A stretch of DNA of 50,028 nucleotides, the filler included, from Bipalium vagum (taxonomy: Eukaryota): assembly GCA_037834085.1 (NCBI GenBank). It is 2 parts of 2 records of this genome, joined end to end, with 100 filler letters (N's around TTAATTAATTAA, not from the genome) between each part and the next. Parts side by side here need not be neighbours in the genome. Positions count along the whole stretch, not along the records: positions 1 to 22,367 come from JBBMKC010222567.1; positions 22,468 to 50,028 come from JBBMKC010000002.1. The stretch is one strand, 5' to 3'. The notes beneath the pieces are model-generated. The model saw only the letters and a list, made by a program, of their open reading frames with translations, made no database searches and had not been told where the DNA came from. The position numbers and the translations under genes are program-made. Of the stretch, positions 13,200-29,899 are shown in pieces; the first letter of the stretch is position 1; each line of letters begins with the position of its first letter.

Positions 13200-14090
13200 G
13201 TCATTTTACCTCTGGTTTCAATGATTTCCATTTCCCTGTTACATTTGAGCGATTAAATCCTCAACCATAATTTATTTGCTCCCTTTTTCTTTATTATCGA
13301 TATTATTTTTAAACTTTTTGAGCTATAATTATTTATATTTTTGTCTTCGAAAGGTTTTAACATTAAAATAATGAAACAAAGATCAATAGCGTAATATCTC
13401 AAGTGAAATTTAAGAATAATGAAAATAATTCAATGATAATAAATTAATATAAGCAATAGAAAAAACAAGGTTTCCTTTTTAATCAATAGTCTTCTCAAAT
13501 CTTCAAAAAATAACACAAGATGACAAGCTAAAAATGAATAACACCTTCATAATTTCACCAAATACTAATCATTTTTTACTGAAAATTTTCCCAAATTGAT
13601 TCATTTGAAAACTTGTTGCAAGAGGCTAGTCATGTAAAATACAATATTTACTTCCTCTTCATTAATAAAATAGATTCATTTTTCATCTGTAGTAATGTAT
13701 TTTAATTCTACGCCAAAAGTGGTCATCTGTAGGATTTTTCAGAATTCCAAGTTAATTTGAGCCTGAAGTTTCAATAACTCATGCGGATCTAATTTAGGCC
13801 CGTTATATTTGTATCCATGTTTTCTGAAGCGTCGATTAATGGTGTCTAGTTCAACCATCGTGAAGCCATAAAGGTGATCAATTAATGGTTTGGGTAGAAC
13901 CTCTTCTTTTAACACAGAAGGTCTTCCTTGGAGAGCTTATCTTCGAGACTAGAATCTGAGATTGTGATATAAGCAATGACAACTTCTCCTTCAATATCAC
14001 AAACATTCCTTGCGGTGGCAGCAATAAGAAATTAAAATCTTCAAATAATGAAGAATCAAAACTCGAAAAAAATATTACTATAATTATAAA
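13200..14090 (-). mobile_element. Degenerate mariner transposase remnant
   Basis: Minus-strand fragments ATARNVCDIEGE, SLEDK..(GR)PSV, KLDPHEL (WVPHEL-like), ITTDEK*IY, and a mariner-like C-terminus. Confidence 0.65.
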
Positions 14091-17000
14091 TTCAAATGCA
14101 TTGATATGTTTATTTAAACAAAACTTACAAATATGGTTTCATAGTAAAATATCAATGGTATGGAATTGTTATTAAAAATATTTATTTTGATAAAAGAAAG
14201 TTAAACTATCAAAATCACGGAAACTACGACTCAACCTAATATTTACTGGTGCTTCAAATGCTGACCTGTGTTTTTTATATCGACTGAAACGTCGCTAGTA
14301 ACAGAAAATGTTTTACATTTTATCAAGACAAAAATAAATAGATAAAACTGTTTGGCGGTCAACACTTTTTCAATCTAAAATCAGTATAAAGAACAATATC
14401 AATTGTCCTTTTAAATAAACTTCAAGATATTGCAAGTTACCTGGACGACAGGCCAAATTGTATTTAAATTTAATTATTTCAAAATAAAATTAGTAATTGT
14501 GTAATTAAATCTATGTAATTACTGTACCAATGAAAAGATCAAACAATAATTGTACTTGATCAACCGTGATCGGAAGAATGAAATTGAATTAGCTATGACA
14601 AAATATTTTATATTGAATCTTGCATCCTTAATTTATTATGATTTTAAAACCAACACGCATTTGTGTCTATTATTAATTTCACATCCAATTTGGTTAATTA
14701 ATAAATAAATAACAAACGTGCAAGCATAGAAAATAATAAAATATAAAGCTAATATTACATGCAACTAATAAATTCCACAACGTAATAAAATGCTTTTAAT
14801 TAGTACATATTGATTTTATACGTCACTTCAGCGACCAATGAAAATGATCAGGTTACTTAAAGCTGAAATCGGCCACAATTTAAACTGAAATAAATTTCAA
14901 AGCTTTATTTATTGTAAACCCTGGAAATATTTTTTCATGTAAAATTGGATATGTAAGTACAATTAATAATTTGTGACTTTTCTATTTTTGAAAGTTGTTC
15001 TTGAAATTTTTATCAATATTCTATTTTAAAAGAAAACAATTTCGTTGTTATTTGCATTTTGCGGTTGAGACGTAACTTAATGAAAACTAAAAATAGATAT
15101 GTAAAAAGTTTATTAAAACTTTGATCTTAGTTGAATTGGTTGACAAATAAATTTATGATTAAGCAATTAGGAATAATAATTTTAATTTTAATTATTAAAA
15201 TCATTTATAGGCTTGTTGAAAAAGTGTTTGTTAATTTTAAATCTTATTTTTTCCTGCCAAAGCAAATTAATCAAAATACCACGGAGTCTTCGGAGGGTGC
15301 AGTAAGTTTTTTATTATATTATGTTAAATGCACGATTTTCTAGTAAAATGTAATGGAAACTAAATTAAAATATTTCATTTTTTATTAAATTTTAAAAGAA
15401 AATGTTTTTGTTTTACTTTTAGGTTATTTAAAATTCGCGCCAAAAATGTATTTTACAATTTAAAATTTTTTTCAGATGAATTAATTCACTTTTCGTTAGT
15501 GACGATCTACTGAGAACCAATTGCCTGAACAATTAGTTGATAAAAATTAAAGAAAATTTTACATATACCATAAAATATTTATGGAAAGTTATGAAATTCA
15601 AATTTTATAAGTTTTGTTTTTTTACGTGTACTTTTTTTTCGTCACTTTTCTTGTTAAGGCTTACCAAAATTTAATTTTAAAACATGTCTTGAATAAAATT
15701 TTTGAAAAACTTAATTTCCAAAAAATATAACAGCACTACGTAAAAAGCTCTTATAATATTTAAAAATTCGAAATATTAAAATAACTTTAAAATCTGATAG
15801 GATTTGAGTGGAAAGCAAAAATTTATAATAACAACTTTTGTTTTTGTTAAAATTGAGCTTAGATTATTGAGTATGTGTTTATGTAAGAAATGTTTGAAAA
15901 AGGTATAAAACTTAAATTAAAATAGTCAAGCATGAACAGGATTATTCTTTGAGTCATTAAAGATAATTAAATACATAATCTTTACAATATTGAATTTTTA
16001 TTAATTAAATCGGGCTAATAATTTCAATTTAATTGATATCGTTGATGATTTAGAATTTTCTATTAAAAGATTAAGGAAAAAATGAGATTAAACAAATTAA
16101 TTAAAAAATAATTCTGAAAATAAGGGACAACCAGAAGAGTATCCCAACGGAAATGTAAGACATATGGTTGCTAGTTTAGTAGATTCATAATAAAGATAAT
16201 TTTTTCCAATTACATATATTATAAATAATAAATAATAATATTTTATAATAAAATTTTATTAATAATAACAGAATTATTGAAATTAACATTTTATGTCAAA
16301 AATGAAAGAAAGCTTAACTTTACTTCAAAACGGCCAACCAATAGAATTTGTTTTTGTAGTTTTATCCTGTTTAATCTAAGATATTTCTCTGGTTTCGACT
16401 TAAGTATTTGATATCTTTTTTAAATTGCTTATTGTGAATATATATTTTTCTTGGAAAAACGATCAGAGATTTTTCTATTTAATCATTAATTTTTTGAATT
16501 TATGAATTAAAACAAAATTTTAATAATTTTAACAAATAGTGAACTTATTTTAGTGGTTATAAAATCTTAATAATTGATTTATTTAATACTTTCAAGACTG
16601 ATTACGAGATCAAATATAAATTTGTAATAAAATATTCGAAATGAACAAAGTTTAACAGAATATTTATAAAATTCGAGAAATAAATAAATGTTATTAATAA
16701 GTTTTATTATGTAAATATTTTAAGTATTTTCTGACCATTGATATTTTTAATAACCTTGGAGTTCTATTTTCTCATTTACGAATACTTAACAAAATAAATA
16801 ACCTAAATTAATTAGGCATTGTTTCATTTTATATTTTCTTTCAAGAAATTTTTCGGTTTTTAGAACTTGGACCGACTTCCAATCGATGTAGTTTCAACAA
16901 AGCACTTGTAAATTGCATTAATTGTGATTAATTTAGTGTGATTCTTGTATCTTTCAGCTTTCATATCCCTTCGAACCTGAACTGTTGATTCAAATTTTGA

Positions 17001-17878
17001 ATAAAATAATCGAAATCAGAATTTTTATTCAATTTGAAAGAGTCATGATGTTAATGCCTAAATCGATGAATTAAAACAAACTTAAATATTCATTAATACG
17101 ACTTAAAAAATTTACAAGAAAACGATTTTCAATCAATATATGACTTTAAAATTGTAGTGACTTATTTAACGCACAGTATAATAAAAAATTTTTATTAAAT
17201 TAAAATATGAATTTAAGCTTATTCATAAACATCGGACTATAACCAGATTGAAATTGAAATGGTAGAAGTCAAAAGGTTAGAAATTTTAAAAGGTAAGAGT
17301 GGATAAGTTAGGGGAATATAAAATCTAATAATTAAAAAAGGAAAATTAATAGAAAAATATTATGTAAATTGCTTATTTAAACGGATAGAAAATTTTCCGA
17401 AACAAGAACATAAAATAAAAAGTCTAGGTAATTTCAGTAACAAGAAACAAAAGAAAATTCTAAAAATCAAGACTCCAAGAGTAATTCAAATGTACAAGCT
17501 TACAAGTTTTGATTTAATGACCAAAAACGGGTTTAAATATAATTTCCTAATTTAACATTCAAATGAAATTGTTACATTTTATGACAATAGATAAATGGTG
17601 TTTTAATTTTTGTTAGGGTTAGACTTTTAACGATTTTAGGTTTCAAATGTTGCTCACGCGAAAAATTAATCAGTGAGTATAAAAGTATTTTTATATTAAA
17701 ATTGATCTCAGATGTGTACAATTTTTTTTCGTTATTTATTCTATCTAGATTTTATTATATACATATATATACGTATATATCAGCACAACAGTCAATGTTT
17801 TTAATTGAGACTTAAGTTTTCTAAATAATTTTGTGTACATACTTGGATTGAAAATAACCATGGGTATATTTATTTTAG

Positions 17879-18090
17879 ATCATACCAGATAAATCAAATT
17901 CTACTATGTCCACAATCAGTACCGATCCTAAAAATTGTTTTATAACGCCCAACAATAATAATAATTTTCTTGAAAATTTGAAGGACTTGTCTTCATTCAA
18001 AAGTGAAACTTATTGTGTATCTAGTGATTCTGATTATATTGATTCTTCTCGTTCAAATTCTATTGACAGTGACAAAAGTACAGAAACACA
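17879..18090 (+). CDS. Candidate internal exon of an unidentified host gene (Ser/Asn-rich)
   Basis: TTATTTTAG acceptor ending at 17878, 212 nt open (IIPDKSNSTMSTISTDPKN...DSDKSTET), GTAAG donor at 18091. No recognisable domain. Confidence 0.4.
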
Positions 18091-21000
18091 GTAAGCTAGT
18101 TCGATTATTTAATTTACCTTTTTTCTACATTTTTTCTGTTTACCAGTTTTGTCATGATCATATCTGTAGCTTTATACGGTGTTCTCTTTAATTTAATGGT
18201 GAATAATAAGCAATGTCTTAAATGTATATTTCCGGAAGTCATTTAAAATTGCGCGATTTTTTTGAATATTAAAACAATACAGATTTTTTATATATATATT
18301 AATCTGCAAATATTTTGAATTTTATATTTAGTCTTAAAAAAACGTTTGGTTTGGAGCCATTTACTAAATAGGCACCTTTCCAACTTGTAAACCTAATAAT
18401 TTTTAAAATTCATTTCATTTTGACAGAAATATGTAAGTAAATATAAATATTATAAATATTATTGTTTTATTTTTTCGATTTATAAAAATAAAATCATATA
18501 TTATGAAAATGATTTTTAAATCTTAACAGGAGATTGCATAAGGTAAAAGATATTTTCAAAATTTTTACTAACTTATGTTATGTATCATTCATTCTTAATA
18601 AGAAGTTTATCCATTAATTTTCTTTTGAAAGAAAATCATCTCCATAAATTTTAACTAAAGATCGAAATCATTAACTTTAATAAAAATCGAAGATTTTTAA
18701 TATTTACTGTTATCCAATCCAAATATTTAAAAAGTTTATTTATTATTTTATTTTTATAAATTCTAAGGAAGTTTATATATATTTAATATTAACTAGAGCA
18801 CAAGGTTTATTTAAGTTACAATTTCTAAACAGTAGGAGACAGAAGCGGACAAAACTACCTACTCAAATTGATGCATCTCTGAATGTTCTGAAGTTCTTGA
18901 GATATTTAATTTTAAACACGTGTTAACTGGATTTGGTTGACTATTATTATTATTATTATTATATTAAAAAATTTTTAGAAATAATTTTGAATATTGTATA
19001 AACAGGGAAAAATACTTTATTATGATTCGTAGATAATAAATTAATCGTGTAAATCACTTGTAAAATTGTAATTGATAAATTGAAAAATAAGTAAAAAATT
19101 TTTCAATAAATTTTAGTAACCTTTATGTACTTAAGTTACTAAAATTAAAATTTTTGGTATAATTTTTCAATGTTCTCTTCGCATTGAATAATATTTATTT
19201 TTGTTGACTTTCCATTCAAGTTAGAAATTTATTAAATAAATTCAATTTAATTCAATTTTGGCTTTCAAAATCAAGTCTTATTGGTCATATATTGAGGAAA
19301 AATAATTTTCTTCGGGTCAGTCAGTTCAAAAATATTGGCAACTAGATGACATCAAAGCAGATATATAATAATTCTTTAATCACAATATCTCTAAAAATGT
19401 TACTGGAACAATTTTAAAATTATATGAAATAAAATAAATTAAAATGATAATAAAAATATTATTTGAGAAATTAATTAATTTGCAAGATTCATTATTAATG
19501 TGTAATAAGGATAACGTGAATTATTTTTAAGACCTATCCAGAAAAATTATGCAATATTGATTGAATAAAATGACACAAAGGCACTAAAAATTTGAATATA
19601 AAATATTTATTATTTTTAGTATATAATTCCGTTTTAAAATTTTCAATGTAATTATTATTGTTTCAAAAAGATATTATCGTTTTAATAAACATTTAATGAA
19701 GATAATCACGTGGATACGATGGTGAATCAAAGAGTTACCAGAAAAATCATTTAAACTAAAACAAGGCATAAAATAAAAAATCATTTTTCGACATGTGAAC
19801 TCATAACACTTCCATGTGGGAACTTTTGATTCACCTTCATATATGTTATACATTATAACTTATAAATAATAAAGAGAATGAACTGATTTTTTAATAATGC
19901 TATAAATTGTAATTTTATATTTTATTGTTCAAAAAATTTGTTTTAATCTGATAACACTAAAAAAATCCTTAAGTGACAGTAAATGATATATTTGATTAAT
20001 TACTTTACTTGTGAGGTGCGGTCAAAACTACCTTATTGGACAAGATTGAAAAAATTGAAATATTTTATGTGATTTCGGCCTTGTTTAATGTAAAAAAGAG
20101 GTAACAATTGTTTCAAGTTCGAATCAAAATCTTTTAGATTTATTTTAAATTGTTACGATACGAATGGAGTTTATACTGATAACCGGTTATTATTAAAAAT
20201 ATTTACTTTATATTATAAATAATAATATTTATAATTCAGATACGGAATTATAAATTTTCTTAATATTCACACAAAAATTGAGGAAAAGGATTATTGTATA
20301 TATTATTGGCTGATAAATTCATGGAATTCTTGACATCCGGCACTTTAATACGTAATTAGCAACTAATAATAGTTCGACCAGGCAAATAAAATATTTTAAC
20401 GTATTGTGAAAGAATCTCAGTTGTTTAACTTCTGAAGTATACTTTTAAATAAACTAGCTTGTAAAGAGTTTGTAGATTTCAAAAATGTTCTAGTTTTGCT
20501 TGAGATTGAGACTAGAGATATTACATATGCTTTGCAAAAGTTTTCTTAAACGTCATAAACATCATTCTTTCCAGGATACAATTTTTTCAGAAATACAAGG
20601 TTTAACTCTAAAAAGATATCTGATAAACTCTACTTATTTTTTGAAAAATGATGAAATTTCGACGTGACCAAGATGAACTCAACCTAAATAAAAAAATGTC
20701 TAATAAATGGATTATGGTACATTTTATTGAAATATAGTGTGACATATTTTCTTGAACTGTGAATAAGTTGAGTTTAATGATTTTTTATACGTACCATTCC
20801 AGGCTTACATAATAACAAGGTACAAATTATTCTGTTATACAATATAAATATAGTATCAAAATTTGTTTTTACTCTTCATACAACGAAATGTGAATACCGG
20901 AAAATTGATTTAATTATACCTTATATTTTTGAATAGAAACAATTTGTAAACATCCTTAGTTTTTCTAAGTTTTGATGATATCAACATTAACTTGCGATTT

Positions 21001-22473
21001 AAAAATTAAAAAAGTTTTTAAAAATATTTTGTATGATTTTTTTAATAAAAACGAAATTTTTCGTTTCCTTTTAATTAATAAAATATCCCATTTTGAAATA
21101 TTTGTTTAATATGTTAAAAATTGAAACTTCTTTCCCGAAAATTCAATAAAAATGAAAAAAAACTTTGATACAGGAGACCACGAACTAATATTGTGAAAAG
21201 AAAGTTATCTAGGCTCTTAAAAAATGAAAATCTGTTGGCGGCATGTCTAGTGAGTATGGAGGATTAGGCAAAAATTTCGTACACCAAATCAATAAGTTTT
21301 GCAAAAAAATTTAGGTGAGATATTTGATATTGAACGAAAACCACCAATATTTAGAAATTGTCAAAACCTAGGACAAGTTGAAGCTTTATTAATAATGCTT
21401 ATTAATTTAATGACATTAGATAAAACTTGGGTTTAAATTTTGGCACTAAAACGAATCAAAGAAGGAAATGGTTCTTCGAATTTGAGTTAAGGATAAAAAA
21501 CTAAGGTTTTCAAAATTTTCTTTTATTCAGTGTTTTATTAAATAATAAATTTGAACTGAAGGTAACACAAAGTGCAGTCAATATTGCACGTCATAATAAT
21601 ATATAATTCTTAATATGTATAAAAAATAATTAGAATCTAATTCGTTAAAAATGCAGTTAACTTAAACTTCAGATGTTTCTCAATATTATCTTAATCTCCT
21701 GACATTTATAAAAGCAAAAGGTTTAAACATATATTAAATTGGTAAAACAATTGCTGAATCTTGTGTCAATAATACTCTGATTTTGTAAGTTTTGCTAATA
21801 TGTAATATTTTGGGAAAGTGCTATGAATGAAGTAATAAAATTGTCTAGCTTGAAAAATCTATAAAAGCATTTTATTGTTATAGGCTTTGCAATGTGAATA
21901 ACGATTGTTTTAACTGTTCATTTTTTAAGAAAATGAACGAAAGTTTTAAAAGTAAAAAAAGAAACAACTTAAAACCAGCACTCGTCAAGCAATAAAGATT
22001 AAATATCAAAATGGACAGTTACCACATACAGTTAGCCTCGAAATGGATATTAATGAAAATTCGACAATTCTGTTAAAAAATACAGGAAGGCTTGAAGCAT
22101 TGAAAGTATTTATTGCAATACATGCAAACTTAAAAGAATTTATGAGAATGCTCGTGATTTTATTAAAAATGAAATTCATGAAGATGTTGGGTTTACCCAA
22201 GTCACCCCCGGGGAAATAAAACCAAAGAGAATCATAAAAAGGGTATAGATGTTAATGATAATGATAATAATATTATTATTAATAATAATTAAATTTAATT
22301 AACACTTGAAAAACAATTAAAAATTCCCAGATATTTTATTTTGAAAATACTTAGGAAATAAAACAGCNNNNNNNNNNNNNNNNNNNNNNNNNNNNNNNNN
22401 NNNNNNNNNNNTTAATTAATTAANNNNNNNNNNNNNNNNNNNNNNNNNNNNNNNNNNNNNNNNNNNNTCACAT

Positions 22474-23829
<1,356 letters not shown>

Positions 23830-23929
23830 NNNNNNNNNNNNNNNNNNNNNNNNNNNNNNNNNNNNNNNNNNNNNNNNNNNNNNNNNNNNNNNNNNNNNNN
23901 NNNNNNNNNNNNNNNNNNNNNNNNNNNNN

Positions 23930-24003
23930 ATTATATTATATTATATTATATTATATTATATTATATTATATTATATTATATTATATTATATTATATTATA
24001 TTA
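23930..24003. repeat. (TTATA)n microsatellite at a contig end
   Basis: Perfect pentamer array. Confidence 0.95.
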
Positions 24004-24639
24004 TGCTTTTCACTGTCTAATAATGTTTGCAATTTAATTTATTCCAGATAACAACCATAATTTATCTGTCCTCATATTAGTATTAAGAAGTATAATTATT
24101 TTTATTCTGATCATACAACTATCGATCAGTGATATGCAGTTCTGGATCTCTACAATTATACGACTCTAATTGTCCGATTCCTCGATCCGATACGAATCAT
24201 TTGTGAGCGGCCGAGAATTCAATTGTCAATTTTACATTAATGTCATTTTCATTCAGCTGGGTACCAGGCAATTATAATGGCAATTCCGGAAATAATTGTT
24301 ATAAAATATATGAATTCATTACACTGAAGTAAATATCGATTGAGACTTGATCCAAGTGACGAAAATGTTAAATGTTCATTAAAACAATAACCAGGTATTT
24401 TGAAAGTGGATGCCAGTCATAAATATATCGATTATACACTGAGACCTAGGGGTCGTTTGATATGTAAAGGTCTACACAGAAGGGTTGCGGATCAAAATAT
24501 AGCATCCTGAGAATATATGAGAAACAAAGCTTAGTTTCTCCAAATGTTGGTCATTATATAAAAATCTAGGCTTTTTTACAGGGATATGAAAAAATAAATC
24601 TTATGGAATAAAACATTTGCTCTCGACAATCCTAGATAA

Positions 24640-24860
24640 GACTTAACTTTCAGTTTGTAAGGGAAATACCTAAACACTTCTAAATATTTTTCGATTTTCC
24701 ATGTCAAAATCACCAGATTTGAATTTTCAAAACAAAAATTGATGGTGCTGTAGGATCAGTATCACCAAACACATATTCCATGTTCCAGGCAGTTAGGGCT
24801 GTTCTGGATCCTCTACGGAACTCGTACTCCAAGATAATGAAATTTTTTGATTTTTCCATT
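24640..24860 (-). mobile_element. Mariner N-terminal fragment
   Basis: Minus strand TA(W)NMEYVFGD...KFKSGDFDMEN, typical of the mariner HTH region. Confidence 0.5.
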
Positions 24861-26736
24861 ATCTGTAATCAATTAATGTGTTACCTTATATTTTAAATTG
24901 TGCGGTTCTGACAAAAGATCGAAACTAGAATTAATAATTTACAAAAATATTTCGCAGAGACAATCAAGTTTAAAAGGACCAGATAAAAATGTTCATTTCA
25001 TACTTTACGACTTTCCATTGAGTTTAAAGATCTTTTTCATAGATCAATAATTTTTATTAATTTCCTGAGAAAAAGTGAAAAATGTTGTAATTTCTCTAAA
25101 TTTCATTCATCAATGGGATCTCATTCCATAAAGCTGCAGCATGTTGTTTTTGTTTTAAATGACTAACTTAATCTCCAAGTAATATTACTCTTTAGCTTTA
25201 CTTTTCTAACTATATAGTATATTAATTTAATTTAAATTTATAGAAAGTGGTCGCTATTAAGGTCGCTGCGCTCCCATAAAACGTTCCGCTAATTAAAAAA
25301 TCACTCTTTAAGTCTGGATTCTAAAAAATATTGTATAACATAAGAAATATTAAATTCGTACATATTGCATTATCCTTGACAAAAGAGCTGCAGTGATATA
25401 TCGAAACAATCAATTTTTAATTTATTATTTTTCTTTTAAACAAATATCATGTAATGTTGCTACGGAATATTACTTGTTCATATAAAATAATCAAAAATCA
25501 ATAAATAAAATTTTCAAAATCGAAAAGCGACATTATCGATTTTAAACTTTGTTCGTTTAAGACCGGAGAATAATAAAACAACTTGAGAGTATTAAAGTGA
25601 CAAAGTCTAAGAGAAATATCAATAATTGAGAAAGTAAATAAAAAAAGAGAATTTTAATTTGTAAAAATTGTTTATTTTATTTCTCATTTTCCCTTAATAA
25701 AAATAAAAAAGTAAATATTACATATTGAAATGAAAACAGTCAACCAACCGTCCGACCGACCGACCGACTTCTTTGGGATTGGGGAATTTAATAAAGAGAC
25801 GAATTATCTGTGAAGAAATAGTGAATATAATTACATAGGAGAATCTCTGGTGGTACGATTTGCTCGGAAAACAACCCTAAGATTTTTCATTTCTGCCAAT
25901 TTCCAACATTAAAATAAATGAAAAATTGACTGCGGAATTTGAAAAATCAATAAAAATTGGATTAAAATGGAAATTTGATTGTTATCGTGAAAATATTCTC
26001 AACCATCTCCTTTATTATGGAATATATTTTATAAATAATAAATAAATAAAACGATAATAATCAATATAATAANNNNNNNNNNNNNNNNNNNNNNNNNNNN
26101 NNNNNNNNNNNNNNNNNNNNNNNNNNNNNNNNNNNNNNNNNNNNNNNNNNNNNNNNNNNNNNNNNNNNNNNNNNNNNNNNNNNNNNNNNNNNNNNNNNNN
26201 NNNNNNNNNTAATGGTTTTATGTGAAAATGATTTTATGGAAAAGTATAAAAATATACAAGAAAATATTTTTAATTTATTTTATTTTAATAAAATTATTTA
26301 TAAATTAAGTTTTTAATACTTTAATAAATTAAGCTTAATAATTATTTTTTATTAATTAATTTTTTTTCAATTAATTAAGAAATTTATGCAGAAATTAGAT
26401 TTTAAAAAAAATAAGTTGAAAAATAAAAATAAAAATATTAAATTAATTAAATATATGTATTTTTTATTATTTATTTTTCAAAGAGGCTGACTTTTATTTT
26501 GTGTTTTTAACAGAAATGTAAATTAATAAAAAATACAATAAAATCTATTGATTTTTATAATTGTTATTTAATAATTTTTTTTAATTTTGTACAATTTATT
26601 GAATTATTAAAATCAGAAATATTCGATTTCTTCCATTTTAAAATTAAAACTTTATTAGTGGAATAAAAGTTTCCCTTTTATTAAAATATATTTTTACAGA
26701 ATTTTCAAAATAAAATGGTTATATAAATCCTTTAAT

Positions 26737-27398
26737 TCAAAAATAAATAAATTGACAAATCCAGTGATCATTTTGACGATTGATTTTTCTGTCTTGAAAT
26801 AAGTATTTCTCGTCGGAGAAGAAGCTTAAGTGCCCGACACTGCCATATTTTATGTCAAAAGCAAAGCTTGACTTCAATTTTTCGGTTATCAGTTGTCCAC
26901 GTCGGAGAACATACGACTTGTAGCATATATATTGCTTTATTGCTACACTAATTGTTGACTTAGTCACGTTCATTTTCTTGGCGAGATCAGTCATATTTTT
27001 CGAGTCATCAGCATCGATTTTTTCTTTTAAATCGGTCATGAAAGTTTCATTTCTTTTTGAGTCAGAACGTTTGATATGGCTTTATATTTCATATCGTTCG
27101 TGTCATGATCTTCCTTAAAATTTTTGTCGAGGTTATATACTGTTGTCTTGCTGTAACCAAACCAGTTGATAATTTGTTAGAGTATTTTTCCGGCGCAAGG
27201 CGATTCAAGTATTGCTGTTCTTTTGTCGTATTCCGAGGCTAGATCTAAAACTTTATAAAACTATTTGTGATCTATTGATATTATTGATATATTAGCTTAT
27301 ATTATTGATAAATTAAAAAATAAGGTCAAGTGGATTTTATGAAAAATAATTATATAATATTAGTTTGAAAATATCGCCGATTTATCTCAAACACCCTG
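26737..27398 (-). mobile_element. Truncated Tc1/mariner (maT/DD37D-like) element, 5' part
   Basis: Terminus TA|CAGGGTGTTTGAG at 27398 on the minus strand; transposase remnant MTDLAKKMNVTKSTI..YKSYVLRRGQL..FFSDEK..NRQND.W. Confidence 0.7.
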
Positions 27399-29899
27399 TA
27401 CTATAACAATAAAGTATTAAAACAATAATCACTAATATTTACTATGAATAATAAAATTATCAGATTATTTTGTTTTCAGATTATTTTAGAGTTCTTTAAA
27501 GATTTTACATTTTTTTTCTTTTTTCATTTTACATTGTTGTCATGGTTCTAAAAGTGAATTTACTAGTAGACATGTCTAATAGAAGAGCAACTGTATAAAA
27601 ATTTTTTTAATTATCATTTTAATATTTAATATTCACAAACCAAATGATTTTTGAGATAGACTTTATATGATTTTGTTAAGTAAAAAAAATAAAAATATTA
27701 CTTTGTAATATTTCAAAGAAAATATTATTATCTTCAAAATTAAAATTATTATAAAGGAATTTTGAAAAACTGAATAAAACTCGGCATTAGATTAGGATTA
27801 GTGAATAATAAAATAAAATAATTTATTATTAATATTTACAATTAGTATAATAAGAAGTTTAATGAGACCATGAGTATTCTTAATCTTAAAATCCAAATGG
27901 TAAATAATTTAACTAAATAATTAACTCTTGATTCACAGTTACTGGCCTACCGGATCGGGTTGATCGTATAGATCATTGTCACTTTCATTAAGTTTTTTAA
28001 AACCAGATTTAGTCTATACGAATGGAGATCACACCTTCACCTTCAACTTCACATATGGTTGCTTCCAGTAATGTCGAAGCAAAGTGCGATTTTCGATTTT
28101 TTCCATTTTTATTTCAGCTAAAATAAAAGATGGTATTACATTTATATAACATAAATTAATAAACCTAATAGTAGAAAATGTATTAAGTCTCAAATTGATA
28201 TATAAATCGATATATTCAAATTGTTTACCTAGTAAAAAAAATTACTTTGAACTAATTGAACAAAAAAACTAAATTACTTACGAATCACCATAATAATTAA
28301 AATAGTTTAATATTAAGCAAATACTTAATAATTTGTCTCTATTATTTTCTTTAACTTCACTTAGCCTATCAGACAGAAAATATCAATTTTTGCACAGATC
28401 ATTAGATAATTCAGTGTTCCACACTTTACATATTGCTGACATTAACTTCATTTTGTTTGTAAAAGTCTCTAAATTTATTTTCTTCGTCATTATTCTTCAG
28501 AGATTTCCCATGGGGTTTGGATCTAGCAACGATATTATTTAAACAAATAATCGATTAAATATTCACTTAATAATTCAATCTAATTTTATTTTAAATCGAC
28601 TAATTTAATGTCACATAAGTGCGATTAAAATTTACTTGCAAAATCTTCTTTCTTCTTTTCGGAGAACCTGATTTTATACTCTTACCAAAACCTATTTTAG
28701 TTAATAAATCTTCATTCTTTATAAAACATCCACTTATCATGATAATTAAATTATGAAAACATTTCTAAATAATAAAATAATTGTGAAGAAAAAAGAATCA
28801 TGTTTCTCTATCATAATTGCATCAAATTCTCTAAGTCACAAAACGTGGTGAAATCGCTGGATTGATGAAATGCCTATTTTGACATGAAATGGAAACCTTG
28901 TCGTCCTCTGACAAGGTGTGGTACTTTGGGATATCACCAATTTTCCCAGACATTATTGCTGTCAAATGATCAAGATTTATGAAAGCAAATGTCACAGGCG
29001 CGGTTAGGAGATGGGATTTTCAGAAAATGAGCCTTATATATTTAAAAAAAGTAAAACTAGTAATTTTTTCGAACTATCCTACCATTTATTCCGTCAAGCT
29101 AAGAATGTTTTCATTTCACCATTATGTTATTGTTGTCTGAGAATCTCGGGAAGATTCAGATTAGTCTTAATGAAAATTAAATTTGGTATTTATTTTTGTG
29201 AAAATAGAATAAATGGATGACACCAATTGTTTTAAGAACCGTATTGTTTTCCTTGTCTAACAACAGAGGATGCTCTGATTGATGAGCACTGAATGATGAG
29301 ATGAATTGAACACTTCTCACAAGTTCAATTTAGATTAAAATGAATATTTTTGAGGAAATATCGATTTCTTATGGTTCCACACATGAAAATGATGAACTAA
29401 TTTTTGATAATAATTGGAAAAGGTTTTATAGAGACCTGGTAAGTCCTTATTGTTGGGATATTTTTATATTAAATATAAAACACTTTCAGGCGATGGATAA
29501 AGATTTTTTCTATTGTTATAATCATAAAATTTGGTACTTCAAATTGAATTGAATAAAAGGTAATCTTCTTTCGAAAATACTGATTAACTAAAATTTTCTA
29601 ATTTCTTCATTGCTTACAATTTTTATCTTCCTAAGCCTTCACTTGATATAATTATAATTAATTAATTGAAATAAGTATAGATACAAGAAGCAGCAATGAA
29701 AACAACACCAAATATAGATACACCAGTCATTGATATTCCAATGGTTATTAATTCTTCAATTGTTACACAACCATTTCTTATTTGGTGAATTTCTTTTTCT
29801 TATCTTAGTGAATTGTTTTTTAAATATTTTATAATGATATAATAAATCCCCACAGACATTTATTATATAATGAAGATACTTATATAAGTTTTGATACTA

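Noticed and set aside
20460-21500. Further mariner-like scraps (e.g. MTLDKTWV)
   Set aside because: Too short and eroded to delimit.
24100-24560. SWVPGNYNGNSGN resembling a LINE RNase H motif
   Set aside because: A single short degenerate motif; insufficient.
28820-29330. Possible Merlin-like transposase remnant
   Set aside because: Only an IDE-like triplet and vague similarity.
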